A DNA stretch of 64,000 nt from Octopus sinensis. Lineage: Eukaryota. Below, one piece after another: positions 40,111-53,690 of the stretch. Location of the stretch: positions 24,056,001-24,120,000 of the forward strand of contig NC_043010.1 in the NCBI RefSeq assembly GCF_006345805.1, written 5' to 3'. The translations under genes and the position numbers were made by a program. The notes under the pieces were generated by a model. That model was not told the DNA's origin and did not search any database. It saw nothing but the letters and a program-made list of their open reading frames with translations. Positions within the stretch are counted from its first letter, which is position 1. Each line of letters opens with the position of its first letter.

Positions 40111-41269
40111 ACATAATAACTGTTTGACTTAGCTCCATGTGACTTAAATATTCGCGGTCCCGTCGGACGAACCCATCACCTCACATATCCAAAGAAGAGT
40201 AACGAGATTTGAGACAAATTCAAGTTGGCTCCTACATGTTAGGTCCTTATCGGTGCGCTGAGGTCGCATGCTTTTATTGCTGCCGGAGCGACATGAGATC
40301 TTTTATTTATAACTCACCCCAAGTACTCGCACAGGATGTTGGCAGGAAAAGTCGCTGTTGTGCCTGCCAGCTGCGGTATAATGTTTTCAAAAAATTCATA
40401 TCATTGCATTTGATATCATACATTGTAGGACGGGCTGTTGTTGCGGACTAGTAGCTTGGTGGTCAGCCAGTAGAGAATTAACACATTAGCAGAAGTAGTC
40501 TTTACGTGGAAGTAACCAGATTTAATGGAGCTGTGGTAAAATTTGAACCTATGCCATGAATTATAGAATGATCCTCTCGTTACGCCCAGAATTTATCTAA
40601 TTGTTACCCCTAGAAAAATGCCCTGTTAACTACAAACCACTGACAGTTGACAATCCAGATATATCACACTGCGCCTGGCTGTCCCACACACAAGGGCAGG
40701 GTATTTAATCTCTGCCGTTTGTATAAAGTACAGACCCACCTATGCTAACCATCTCTTGTTTAGATATCAGATTAAATGGGTTCGTCTTAGCAACCTGTGA
40801 ATCCTTATGTCCTATGGAACTAAGACAAGTTGTTATTTAATCACTCGATGATGAAGCATCAGTTGTTCGATCTACTGAATAACCCGCGCTTCTGTTAACG
40901 TGTAAATAGCTGAATATTCCTGAGAAATGCGAGCTTTTAACGTAATTTGACGCTCTATCAATGTGGTACACCGTGTGTAATAAGATTGTGCGTCTTGAAT
41001 TATTGATAAAATCCACTCGATGTGAAAGGAAATTCTATTTGTCTTTAATGCAACTCAAGGAAAATTAATATATGCACTATTTACGTCTTGATAATCTGGA
41101 AACTTTGTGAGCTGTAGAATAATTCGTATTTAGGGAGCAAGAGGTATTCGAGGACATACTAGACAATTTAGTAAATTTTCAAAAGCCAAATGTATTTTAA
41201 ATAAAAAACAAAAATTTGCATATGTTCTCAATAATCTTTCTTATAAGATTATTCTATGAATCCACTTTC

Positions 41270-42260
41270 AGTTCTGATCATAGCTTCGATGCGGGCAGAT
41301 ATCTTTGACAGGGCTGACTAAAAGTTTCTGAATCATTTCGAACATTACCTGAACAATGACGGGCCCGAATGGAATTATGGTGTTGTGAGGATGTGGATCG
41401 GTCACCCTTTGAGAAAACGTTCCAAATGTGGATGTGCATGGCGCTTAAATCTAGTGGGTTTAGAAGCCATAAGTTTAGTGATACATGATCGTAAAGATTG
41501 TCTGGCATCCAGTCTTGGGTTACATGAGCTCTGTGAGAAGGTGTTGAGTTTTGTTGAAACAAGTATAGCCTTCCACTGCGTACTTCATCAATCAAAGGCT
41601 TATAGACTGTCCGCCGTACCTCGCCGTAACCAGATGTATTAATTCCAAGATCCCGTGGGAAAATGTGAAATGGCGTAACATGACCGTCACTCATCACTCG
41701 AAACCCATCACAGCTGCTTGTCATTTGTGTGCATCTCTCAAGACACCAGAAGGGTCAGTACATAACTGTCGTTTCTCCAGCGAGAAGTTTGGTCTTGGTC
41801 GATGTTTTCATCTGGTAAGACCTAATGCATGAGAAGAATTTTGACTCGGTTCAAACGGTTTTCTTGTGTCGTTGCAGACATGAATTGACCTCTTCTCAAA
41901 AAATACGACTTATATCAAGTGCCTTCAGTTACCGGAAATTTGATAGTCCACTCCAACACCTGAAGTTATTTGGAGATGGTCCGTATTGATTTTCTGGGAT
42001 CATCTTCGATAATAATTTGAACTAGTGGCATTGAATGCAGTGTTCATGTAGTGTCCGAACGTTTAGAATGGTTTTTCTCTTTGATACGGTTGAAACAGTC
42101 CCACCAGAGACTTCCAATTCCATCTGAACACTGAGTACAAAAGAACATGCAACATTTCGGACACTGAAAATTTCTACATCGGTGTATACCTCATGAATGC
42201 CAAAAATGACTGCATGTCTCTCCATTTCTTGTGTTATCATTTTAACTGGCATGGAAGATC
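41270..42260 (-). pseudogene. Tc1/mariner superfamily transposase remnant, maT/DD37D-like
   Basis: VMSDGHVTPFHIFP..L.INT..Y..V..TV.KP.I....GR.YLFQQNSTPSH.A..TQ.W..N......W..N..DL, plus an upstream N-terminal fragment (42022-42252); TIRs not clear. Confidence 0.75.
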
Positions 42261-42662
42261 TGAAAGAAATAAAAACCTTTTAATTGGTTTGAACAGAAAA
42301 TTAGACTGAGAATTTGGTCTCCTCAGAAACCCTTCGCACCGTGTATATGTACTTGCTGGGTCTATTGGAAAGGGGGTCAACCATGGGTTTTTCATGTTCT
42401 TTGAGATAAGGGAGGGTGATTTTGTTTAGCCCTTGAACGACGGATATCAGCGATAGATATTTCATTATAGAACAACGGATACCATTAATTTGTGGTTCTA
42501 AAATTTTACGTGGAATTGGCCGTCATCAATCGACACCCAAGCGTCTGCTCCATCGAATGTGCTCAAGCGTAAGCGACCCTAATCGATGGTAGGAATCAAG
42601 TCTCAAAGTCTTTATACAGCAATGAAGACTTTTCTGATTTTCCTTCGTCATCAGATAAGTTA

Positions 42663-42689
42663 GACGACGACGACGACGACAACGACGAC

Positions 42690-42741
<52 letters not shown>

Positions 42742-42810
42742 GTGATGGTGATGGTGGTGGTGGTGGTGGTGGTGGTGGTGGTGGTTTTGGTGGCGACGAC
42801 AACGACAATG
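42663..42810. repeat. Compound (GAC)n(GAT)n(GGT)n microsatellite
   Basis: Direct sequence. Confidence 0.95.
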
Positions 42811-43782
42811 ATGATTCTCTACATAGCACTGAAGAAAGCGATACTCCTGTTAGCCTTGGATGGAAAAACGCACCGAATTTTTCCGATTTGTACATTCGTT
42901 CGACAACGACAATGATGGGGATATCAAATGAATTTATGCTCAAATGATTTTATTGTCCTTTATTCTTTATTTTTATAATTTAATTCTGTTGAAATATAAA
43001 AAAAAAATATTTAAATTACCCTGAGGATAAAAAGAAATTGGTGATTGCTGTTTGGCACACAAATTCTTGCAACATTTTCCCGCCGTTTAATGGCAAAGTA
43101 CATCTTAGTGTTGTGTGTGACCTGCTGGAGAAGCATAAATGAACATGGAATTCCAGAGGGCAAACTAAAAAAATTTAGTTATCCAAAGCAATTTATTACA
43201 GATCTATTTTTTTTCTTAAACACTACGCCTGCAATGAAAACTATAGTTTTAGCATCAAAGCGCTTGTGTAATTTCTAGCAATAAACACAAGGGAGATAAG
43301 TCCGAGATCCAAACTCTAGTAATACGTCCAAGGAAAGCAGCAGTTATCTCACATTATTACAGTTTTACAGATTTACAATCAATGGAAACGAATCGTATAG
43401 TTCGAAATGTGACAGTGAATATCCCCCTGATGAGTAAATACGAAAATAACAGCCATTTATAAATACAAACGAACCAGCAATTTTTTGTTGCTTTAAGTGT
43501 TGTAAGCGCAGTTTTTCTTTTTGTCCATCTTTCTTTAGGAAACCACTAACTTTAGTCCATTATTCGAAACTGTGCGACATTCTAAGACTTTTGATTCTGT
43601 AATAAAACAACATTAATCACTTCTTTGGGTGTTTCTTTTCTTGTGTTTTTGCTTTCTTGTTTTTTCTTTTCTTTTTTCTTTTCTTGTTTTTTTTTCTTTT
43701 CTGTTCTTTTTCATTTTTTAGAAAAAATTCAGTAAGTTCTTAAAAGTGAGGAGGACAGAGGAGGACAGATAGAAAAGATACA

Positions 43783-44236
43783 AGAAGAAGAAGAAGAAGA
43801 AGAAGAAGAAGGAGGAGGAGGAGGAGGAGAAGGAGAAGGAGGAGGAGGAGGGGGAGGAGGAGAAAAAGAAGAAGAAGAAGAAGAAGAAGAAGGAGAAGGA
43901 GGAGGAGGAGAGGAGAAGGGCTGCGGGAGAAGAGGAAGTAAATGAGAAAAGAAGAAAAAGAAAGAGAGACGAAGAAGCGGAAGATGAGGAAAAGAAGAAG
44001 AAGAAGAAGAAGAAGAAGAGGAAGAAAGAAGAAGGAGGAGGAGGAGAGGAGAAGGGCAGGGGAAGAAGTGGAAGAGGAGAAGAAGAAAAAGAAGGAGAGA
44101 CGAAGAAGGGGATGAGGAGTAGGGAGAAGAAGAAAAAGAAGAAGAAGAAGAAGAAGAAGAAGAAGAAAAAAAGAAGAAGAAGAAGAAGAAGAAGAAGAAG
44201 AAGAAGAAGAAGAAGAAGAAGAAGAAGAAGAAGAAA
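43783..44236. repeat. Long polypurine (GAA)n/(GGA)n tract
   Basis: Direct sequence. Confidence 0.95.
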
Positions 44237-44514
44237 GGGAAAAACAGCCAAAGTAATGATAGTGTATTTGTAAATGTTTTCTTTCCTAAAGAACCTAATA
44301 GTGATGTTATCGAAGTATTGGAGGCAATAAAATTTGCCTCCCTGACCTGTTGTGCTGTTTTCTTTCAATAGTTATCGATCTTTTGATCAAAAGTATTGAC
44401 AACATTGACTGCCGTATAGTCATTAATAATATAGATTTTTTTTCCCCTTTCACCGAAAAAAAAATTCGATTTTTTCCTCTCCTTTCTTTGTTGTTGACGT
44501 ATTTTGTTATAGTA

Positions 44515-44753
44515 GCAGCAGACAGCACATTGGTATCGTAAGTGTCGTTGTTGATGATGATGATGATGACGACGACGACCACCACCACCACGGCGGCGAT
44601 GACGTTGACGATGAAGACAGTGACAACGACGATGCTGACGGATGAAGATGTTGATGATGATGGTGGTGATGATGATGCTGACGATGACGACGATGATGGT
44701 GATGCTGCATATTGGGGGAATAAGGACATGTTGAAGTAGTAGTAGTAGTAGTT

Positions 44754-44811
<58 letters not shown>

Positions 44812-44835
44812 CAGAAGCAGCAGCAGCAGCAGAAG
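44515..44835. repeat. Degenerate trinucleotide repeats and (GTA)n(GCA)n
   Basis: Direct sequence. Confidence 0.9.
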
Positions 44836-45028
44836 GTATGTATGTATTTATATATGCATTGTTGTTGCTGTTATTGAGGATGCCCTTGTTCAGTGGCCCT
44901 TATCTGCTGCTCTGTTTATGCTGACCCCCAGACACAAAGTCAACTGAAAGCTTATGAGAACCCTATTACCTATGAATGTTCTTGTTGTTGCAACAAAGTT
45001 AAGTGATGGACACATAAGAGAGAGAGAG

Positions 45029-45067
<39 letters not shown>

Positions 45068-46451
45068 GAGACAGACAGAGGACGGGTGTTGCTTGGGGGT
45101 CGACGGGAGTGAGAAGCGAGGAAGGATGAAAGAGTCGAACAAAGAATTTAGAATAGAACCTGGAATGTCAGAAAGTGTAGTGGGTGGGTGGGTGTTAACA
45201 GGTGAAGAAAGGTAGGTGTATAGATTGAGTTTAGAAGGGACAGCATGTTTTTGGTTTTTCAAAGGAGAATAGGGACGACTGTACGTTGGATTCTAGAGAA
45301 GAATGCAACGGAAATTTAGGTTTCGAAGTGGTTATAATGGCAACTGTGCGCCGTTGAATGAGGCTTTGTCTAATGCGAGTGTGTATTTTTAGGGCTCAGG
45401 TGATACTTTTGTTATTGTTCTTTGTGTAATTGTTGTTGTTGCTGTTTAACCTACAGGTCAACCGTAATCGATATGATTTATGATCAAAGCCTTCTGTATT
45501 CTCTACGCCATGCCATCTCTGTAGCTGTTCATGCAACAATGCAATGTATTTTACCCAATCAAACAGAAGATAGAATTCACTTCGTAATCATAAAATCGTT
45601 TGGCTTTAAAACAGGTGATCAAAAGCTTTCCAGTTGCCATCATCCACGTTTTTTACGTGTATGTGTGTGTGTATGTCTGTGTATGTCTGTGTGTGTATGA
45701 GTAAGAGGTTTGTGTTTGTTTGTACGCAAAACACGTTCTCCAATATGTCTTTCTAAATTTAAAAAAGGGCTGTGTTTCATTTTGAGGGATATTTCGTTGC
45801 TAGAGCTCTTACGTATGACGGCCATAGATTCTTGGGTTTATCAGCAGTTTTCTATAATACTGCGTATTGATATGGAATCAGTAACGAATTCAAGCTAAAT
45901 AATTTCATAGTCTGCAGTAGTATTCTGCAGTCCATTGTCGCTGCTATTATACAATGCATTGTTGTCTGAACAGCTATTGAGATTGGAATTCATAGTAAAT
46001 ATCAGATGATTATATCTTATCTTGCTGTCAACAGCCCGCAAAGCAAACCGGATGAATAAAACCATTCCTGATGACCATAATCAGTCAATGTTTTGAAGGG
46101 GGACCAGGGAAAAGTTATACAATGTCGTATCGAGTTTAAGACTTCGAGAGTTTGATTTGAATGAGATTTGACTATTATTTCAAACAGCTCTGTTATATTC
46201 GTGCGTAAAGTGGGTGCAGTATCGCGGATATGTGCGTTGTATTTTCTATTAATCCTTATGTCAAACCTGATTAGCCAGAACTGCAGAGATGGCAGCTCCA
46301 GCTTCAACCATTCTCTCGAAGTACCTTGGGTTATATATCATATGTAATAATTCTCTCTTTCTGAAAAAGAGCACGGTATGATTTGACTGGAGTTTCTTGC
46401 AGATCGAGTAACTGCGTAAGAGCTTCGTCATTGATTAAGCGACTGAAGATT

Positions 46452-46885
46452 ATATTTTCTTTTCTACCCTAGGCACAAGGCCCGAAATTTTGGGGGAGGG
46501 GGCCAGTCGATTAGATCGACCCGGTACGTAACTGGTACTTAATTTATCGACCCTGAAAGGATGAAAGGCAAAGTTGACCTCGGCGGAATTTGAACTCAGA
46601 ACGTAAAGACACGAAATACCCCTAAGCATTTCGTCCGACGTGCTAACGTTTCTTATTTCTTTATTGCCCACATGGGGCTAAACATAGAGGAGACGAACAA
46701 GGACAGACAAATGGATTGAGTCGATTACATCGACCCCAGTGCGTAACTGGTACTTAATTTATCGCCGACGAAAGGATGAAAGGCAAAGTCGACCTCGGCG
46801 GAATTTGAACTCAGAACGTAAAGACAGACGAAATACCACTAAGCATTTCGCTCGGCGAGCTAACGTTTCTGCCAGCTCGCCACCT
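46452..46885 (-). mobile_element. SINE family A head-to-tail dimer (first unit has the Tx1-like tail, second has the alternative tail)
   Basis: Tail at 46655-46702 joins directly to a head-truncated second unit. Confidence 0.88.
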
Positions 46886-48833
46886 TTACTGAAGTCAAAT
46901 ATTAAAGAATGAAATTAGTCCCTGCTGCAGAATATCTTTTATTTATTTTATAATTATGATGGTTATTAACAACTGACTGCAGTTATCGATAGTGTGCATT
47001 TGTTAGGGTTTATTGATATTTTGGACCCGGTCGGGGCTTTAGTCACTGCAGACTTGGTTGGGATTATTCATGTATTTAACGTTGGGGATCATTGATATTG
47101 GGTGCCGATGATGCAGAAATATTTAGCGTGTATATCTATCAGAAAATGAAGCCTAAACGAGATCAATCTCCCTTTCCGGGCATAGACAATATCTAAAACT
47201 TCATTCTGTCAAGGTTGAAAGCATATCCTGAGCGGTCCATCGGACCTGAGGCAAAATTCTTTTATAAAACAGTAGTTGTTGCTCCCATGATAAATCTGAC
47301 CCTCTCCAAGACCGATTTGTCCATCGCAAAGTTAAGGGCCGCTACAGCACAATAGTACTCCCGCTGTAACAAAACTCAGAACCTAAAGTCTTCATTCATT
47401 GGATATGAAAAGATGAAAACATAATTACTTCAGTAAGATTTGAAATCAAACTGTAAAGATCCAACCAAAATGTTTTATGCAAGTCAGGAATGCGACTTAT
47501 GATAATCTTCTGGATGTATATAGTGAGTGAGGTTCCATAATCGAAACTATCGGCATATCCATGTAAATGGAGTTGATTACCATAAATAAGATTGTAAGAA
47601 GATTCTAACATTATTTCCTTTTTCGTTAAGCGAAACTACGAAGTCTTCAGATCATTGTAATCTCCACAACTAAAAGGCTTTCAAATAAATGACTATATAT
47701 TATACTGATTTCAGGTATTCTGAACTGCGCTATTTTCTCTCTGTATAAATTTGTCTTCCCCCCTCCCACACACACACATAAACACACACACACACACACA
47801 CATATATGCGTACAAAGCTTTATATGGAATGACGGTTAAGCAGGCCGTAACTTCAAAGTCACTAGAAAAGATATTGAGTATTCCGTTAATTTAATGTTAG
47901 ATTGTTTCAGTGTAACTAGAAATAAAAGCAAAACTTTAATATATGTGTGCATACATGCATATATATATATATATACACACATATCTTCATATATATACAT
48001 ATATATATACACACATATCTACTGATATATATATATATATATATATGATAGTCAAAGTTTGAAAGACATATTGTTAGCATTTGCAAACGTGTTTGTTTAC
48101 ATGCCTGTGAGTATTGTTTTGTGCGCGCTCACCTGCCAGTGCTTGTGAATACGCGTAAATGTGCTCATAACACTAACATCTACAGTAACCAAAAATATTT
48201 TTGTCTTGTAGCTTCAGGATAATTATTCTTGAAAATCTCAAAGAAATGCAGATAACTGTCAACTCGAAATTAATAATCAAATTATTGTAAAATGTTTATT
48301 TTTTCTTCTGCGTATTATTTCATCGATATTTTAATATAGATATTGTTACGATATCTACAATGTGTTTCTTTTTCGCTAAATAATATTACTTTTTTTAAAA
48401 TTCTATCTATTTATTTTTGGTATTCAAATTTCGTGAAGAATCAATACTGATAATGTGGTTGAACATATCTATGGTACACACAATGAAATATTTTACGCTA
48501 AAGTTAGGTTTCTTTAAGTGCCAAAACGCATTGAACATCATCTGTTAGAAGTGGAGAAGAGATAGCGATGCAGGGGAGAGAGAGAAGGGGAGAAACTGTA
48601 AGGGAAAGGTAAAGAAATCACAAAATAATGCACACACATAGACGTACACAAACGCAACTACACACAACCAAAAATATAACTATTTTAAAAGAAATTTCAT
48701 AAACGTACGTACTTCCACGCCCGCGCACGTGTGTCTGTGTGTATATGTATACACACACACACACACACACACCACACACATATGTATATATATATATATA
48801 TGTCTGTGTATGTATGTATATATATATATATAT

Positions 48834-48866
<33 letters not shown>

Positions 48867-48915
48867 ATGTGTGTGTGTGTGTACACATAGCTAGCTAGCT
48901 AGGGAATGATATATA

Positions 48916-49230
48916 GATGCTGGTCGGAGGGCAGATTACATTCCCGTAGAAGTTGGATGCGGGAGCTTTATTGGGACCAGATTGAGACAATGGCTGTTAT
49001 GAGAGCCACCTTGGAGGAGATCCAAACAGCACTTGTGAGAGCTAGTCAGTGGATCTGACCCAAAAGAAATGCTGAAATCTGACTGGAAAGACGACGATCC
49101 AGAAGTGGATTAAATGGTGAAATACTAGTCAATCGAAACAGTAGATGCCGCCTCAGATCAGTGAGTGGGGAGGGGGTGTTCTGTGAAGTCGTTGAAACGA
49201 TACGAATTCTCTCCTGATTAGCCCTGAAAC
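48916..49230 (+). mobile_element. Hero-clade-like RLE LINE 3' fragment, degraded
   Basis: G.RADYIPVEVGCGSF..T.LRQWL and ..A.VRASQWI*PKR resemble the PVEVGCRGF...AERASxWLWxKR C-terminus of Hero elements. Confidence 0.55.
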
Positions 49231-49419
49231 CTACTAGAATTTCTGTATACTTATATACCACAAGAGAATAGCGCAATATGTATGTGCATGTGTCTGTCTA
49301 TCTATTCATCTATCGATCGATCGATCTATCTATTATCTATCTATATATGTGTGTATGTATACGTATATATATACATAAAAGAATAAAAGAATACATATAT
49401 GTATATATATATATATACA

Positions 49420-49760
49420 TATTCTTTTATTCTTTTATTTATTCCAGTCATTTAACTGTAGCCATGCTGGAGCACCACCTTCAGTCGAGCAAATCAACCC
49501 TAGCACTTATTCTATCGGTCCCTTTTGCCGAACCGCTAATTTACGGGGACGTAAGCATACCAGTATCGGTTATCAAGCGATAGTGGGGGACAAACACAGA
49601 CACACACACAGTTTCAGTTTCCGTCTACCAAATCAACTCACAAGGCTTTGATCGGCCCAAAGCTATTCTAGAAGACAGTTGCCCAAGGTCCCACGAAGTG
49701 GGACTGAACCGGATCCACGTGGCTGATAAGCAAGCTACTACCACACAGCCACTCCTGCGC
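49420..49760 (-). mobile_element. SINE family C
   Basis: Same as 38085-38435. Confidence 0.85.
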
Positions 49761-49792
49761 CTATATATATGTGTGTGTGTATGTATGTATAC

Positions 49793-49848
<56 letters not shown>

Positions 49849-49861
49849 ATATTATACATAC

Positions 49862-49894
<33 letters not shown>

Positions 49895-50231
49895 AATATA
49901 ATTATATATTATATATATACATGATTTTGTAGCATATTTCAAAAGATAAAAAGGGTAGCGTGAAGAAAATATCTCGCTTATGGTAAATGGTGTGAAAACA
50001 CCCGGTCTGTTCAGTGTCGCCATCAATAAGGAACTCCACACATCGAGGTTTCGAATTTATTGACTCTTGTCAATGGGATGTACCTAAGGGAGGCAAATCT
50101 GAACATACTTATAAAGAAATAGCTTCATGTATAATTAGGACTTGGTGACTGATTTGCGCTAGGAGATCGACCGTCGAGGTAAATAACGAAATGCTAGCGC
50201 TAAGCATGTTTAGGCTATTATATGTATATAT

Positions 50232-50294
<63 letters not shown>

Positions 50295-50575
50295 TTATTA
50301 TTTATATGCATACATACATGTATACATACATACATACATACATATTCCGAACAATGGGAATAAGTGCTCAACACCACGTTCGTTCTTAAAGATGTTTATT
50401 TGTGTATTAAGGCTATCATTGGTTTCATGTTAAGAAAATATTTTTTTCAATCCACATGGAAATATTGGTGTCCGTTTCCGTATTGGAATCCAAAATGGAG
50501 ACGAATAATAATTACTACATGTGATCGGTTTGAAAAAGATATTTTTTCATCATGGAACCTACGGTAGCCTTCACA

Positions 50576-50611
<36 letters not shown>

Positions 50612-50699
50612 CAGCATTAACTGTCAGAAAAATTCGTGCGCAATATTACTGTGGAGATTAATTTTGATCTAATCAGTCTCTTGCTAACCCTGCAGATCA

Positions 50700-50965
50700 A
50701 CAGGATCATCAGGCTATTCTTCCAACTGACTAGGTTCTTTGTTCAAATTCCGCCTGGGGTCGATGTAATCGCCTTGCTCCAGCCTACAACAATGTTTGTC
50801 TTAAGCCAAATTGTGAAAAAAACTAGTTCAAAACTCTTTTAAAAGTAATTATTCTACTCTTGGCCCATGACCTTGAAAATGTTTGGGGAAGGGGGTTAGT
50901 CGAATATATCGACCCCAGTGCGTAACTGGTTCTTATTTTATCGACTCCAAAAGGATGAAGGGCAC
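50700..50965. mobile_element. Two opposed SINE A fragments
   Basis: ttcaaattccgcc..ggggtcgatgtaatcg (plus) and atcgaccccagtg..aaaggatgaa (minus). Confidence 0.6.
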
Positions 50966-51328
50966 TTTTAATAATAATAGCTGAGCGTTTATTGTTGGTG
51001 TCAGTCTATACTGGAAACAGAGCCAAATTTATTACCTGACACAACTAGATGGTTGCAAGATCGTCGTTTCAAACCCTGACCCAGGTGTTGTGTTATGTTT
51101 TGGAGCGAAACACTTTATCTCAGGTAGCTCTACTTTCACTTTGACACCTGGTGTGTGGTACTCCGTGCACCTGTTCAGGTGACGTCGATTTGATAGAGGA
51201 AGTAAGCTAATGTATAGTGCATATATTTGATCACTATGAACAAATCAGTTTTGCAGGCTGTTCAGCCTGACGTTGCAGAGCCGTCATTGTCAGACAATGA
51301 AGGACTACCATCATGATCTTCCTCCTCC

Positions 51329-51359
<31 letters not shown>

Positions 51360-51398
51360 AGTCACCATCAACAAAACAACAACATCAGCAACAGCATG

Positions 51399-51446
<48 letters not shown>

Positions 51447-51448
51447 AC

Positions 51449-51638
51449 GAATAAGGAGAAAATGGAGAGTTAATTATTTAAATTATTCACTAATTATAAA
51501 ATCTGACATCTCTGATCTCTGACAACAGTTTCCGTTCATTGATAATAATTTCTGAATCGAAACAGCTGTCAGAGATCTCATCATATTATAAAATTAATCA
51601 AAAATTTTATTAATCACCTCTCCATTTTCTCCTTATTC
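51449..51638. repeat. Imperfect fold-back (outer IR 21 bp, inner IR 51514-51532 / 51559-51577)
   Basis: gaataaggagaaaatggagag / ctctccattttctccttattc; gatctctgacaacagtttc / gaaacagctgtcagagatc. Confidence 0.8.
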
Positions 51639-51909
51639 TTTAAATATATAAATATATGAACCACAGTTTATATGGTTACCTTGTAGTTGAACTTACTATC
51701 CTACTATAGACTAGTAACCAGTATTTTCCTTGGATTTATAATCCCTTAATGAGGTTTATTACCTTTACTTGTTCACCTATATATATATATATGCATATAT
51801 ACATGCATATAATACATATATGTGTCTGTGAGTAAATATGTGTATACATATAGAAATAGAAATATATGTATGTATATATATGTATAAAAAAGTTAAAACC
51901 ACCGTTCGA

Positions 51910-52170
51910 GTCAAACGTACGGTCAAAGTTATTTATGGAAGACCAGCAATCACCCATGCATACCAACCTCCCCTCTCCATGCCACTAATATTATCCAAGA
52001 GAAAGGCAGAGGGGCCGATACAGCTTAGCATCAGTGATGTCACAACTCATTTCTACAGATGAACTGGGGTAACGTGAAATAAATTGTCTTGTTCAAGAAA
52101 ACAACACACAGCCCTGTCCAGGAGTCGAACTCACTACCTCATGATCGTGAACCCGACACTCTAACCTCTG
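51910..52170 (-). mobile_element. SINE-like family D
   Basis: tRNA-like end (gagtcgaactcac..tcatgatcg..ctctaacc) and segment shared with 30320-30450. Confidence 0.65.
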
Positions 52171-52186
52171 GCACATGGGCCTATAA

Positions 52187-52218
<32 letters not shown>

Positions 52219-52436
52219 ATGTATATATGTATATGTGTATGTGTTTGTTTGTATTCGTGCGTGCACGTGTACACGTGCACGCGAATGCTGCTGGTGTGCG
52301 TGCGCGCGGGCTTGTATGAGAAATGTAGACACACCATGAAAAACAAAGCGCATATTCTGACAAGATAATTCTTTAAATCAATTACATTTTATATATTCCA
52401 GCGATGAACAAAGTTATAAATAAACAAACACACACT

Positions 52437-52467
<31 letters not shown>

Positions 52468-52718
52468 ACACACACACACACACAACCATACGCACACATA
52501 TATATATGTGCATATATATATAATTTTAAATGTACGTATCATACTAATGTATATAGCTTATCGTTTTCAAACAGAAAACAAACAAAAAATTGATCAAGTT
52601 AAAACGTACTTAAAACGATTTATTTGACATTTGCAAAGCATCACTCTGTAAAAAGATTTCTTGTGTATCAATACGCATCTCTTTCACGCTCTCAACACAT
52701 ATTTCATAAATGTATGCA

Positions 52719-52724
<6 letters not shown>

Positions 52725-52754
<30 letters not shown>

Positions 52755-52876
52755 TGTATGTATGTATGTATGTATGTATGTACGTATCTATGTATGTATG
52801 TATGTATGTATGTATGTATGTGTGTGTTGTATGTAGTATGTATGTATGTATGTATGTATGTATGTATGTATGTATG

Positions 52877-52905
<29 letters not shown>
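52725..52905. repeat. (TATG)n microsatellite
   Basis: Direct sequence. Confidence 0.95.
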
Positions 52906-52907
<2 letters not shown>

Positions 52908-53171
52908 TTCTGTATATGTGCAATGCAGTTACATCGATACGTACGTAGGAAGCAGAAAATACCTGGAAGGGATACCGAGATTTGCATATCTACAGATCAA
53001 ATAATATATTTTCTAAACAGAAGATCACATCTGCCAGCATCGAATACACTGAGATGAACTGACATATTATCTCTCTACGTTGCGAAAGAAAACAACAGCG
53101 ATTCATGTTTTTAGTCTTCCTATTTGTGCTTAACTTCATTATGCCTATATATATATATATATTATATATAT

Positions 53172-53220
<49 letters not shown>

Positions 53221-53451
53221 ACATAGATATATATATATTAGTACAGTCCATAAACATCTATTATACATACATTCATACACACACATATCTATATACATAT
53301 ACTATCATAGACATATACATGCACGTACGTAGTCTCAATAAACTTACAGATTTATATATATATATATATATATATAGCGGTAAAATATGAAAAATCAACG
53401 AAAATGCATATTGCAGATAGAAAAAGGCTATACATACATACACACACACAT

Positions 53452-53479
<28 letters not shown>

Positions 53480-53483
<4 letters not shown>

Positions 53484-53690
53484 TTGTGTGTCTGTCCCCG
53501 CCACCATCGCTTGACAACTCATGTTGGTATGCTTATGTCCCCGTAGCGTAGCGGTTCGACAAAAGAGACAGAGAAATTGTACTAGGCTTACAAAGAATAA
53601 GTCCTGGGGTGGATTTGTTCAATTAACGGCAGTGCTCCTGCATGGCCGCAGTTAAATGACTGCAACAAGTAAAAGAATAAAACAATGAAT
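53480..53690 (+). mobile_element. SINE family C tail
   Basis: ccaccatcgcttgacaac..tgtccccgtagcgtagcggttcg..gaataagtcctggggt..catggccgcagt. Confidence 0.75.

Noticed and set aside
41120-42350. Putative TIRs for the DD37D-like element
   Set aside because: Only weak similarity between the ends; boundaries left at the coding remnant.
43427-43445. CUGAUGAG-UAAAUA-CGAAA core
   Set aside because: No downstream UH or stem I partner for the upstream CCCC; incomplete.
45900-47610. Possible degraded CR1/L2 RT (LHGYADS, AGV..GP)
   Set aside because: Motifs are weak and in the wrong order for an RT; cannot be supported without a search.
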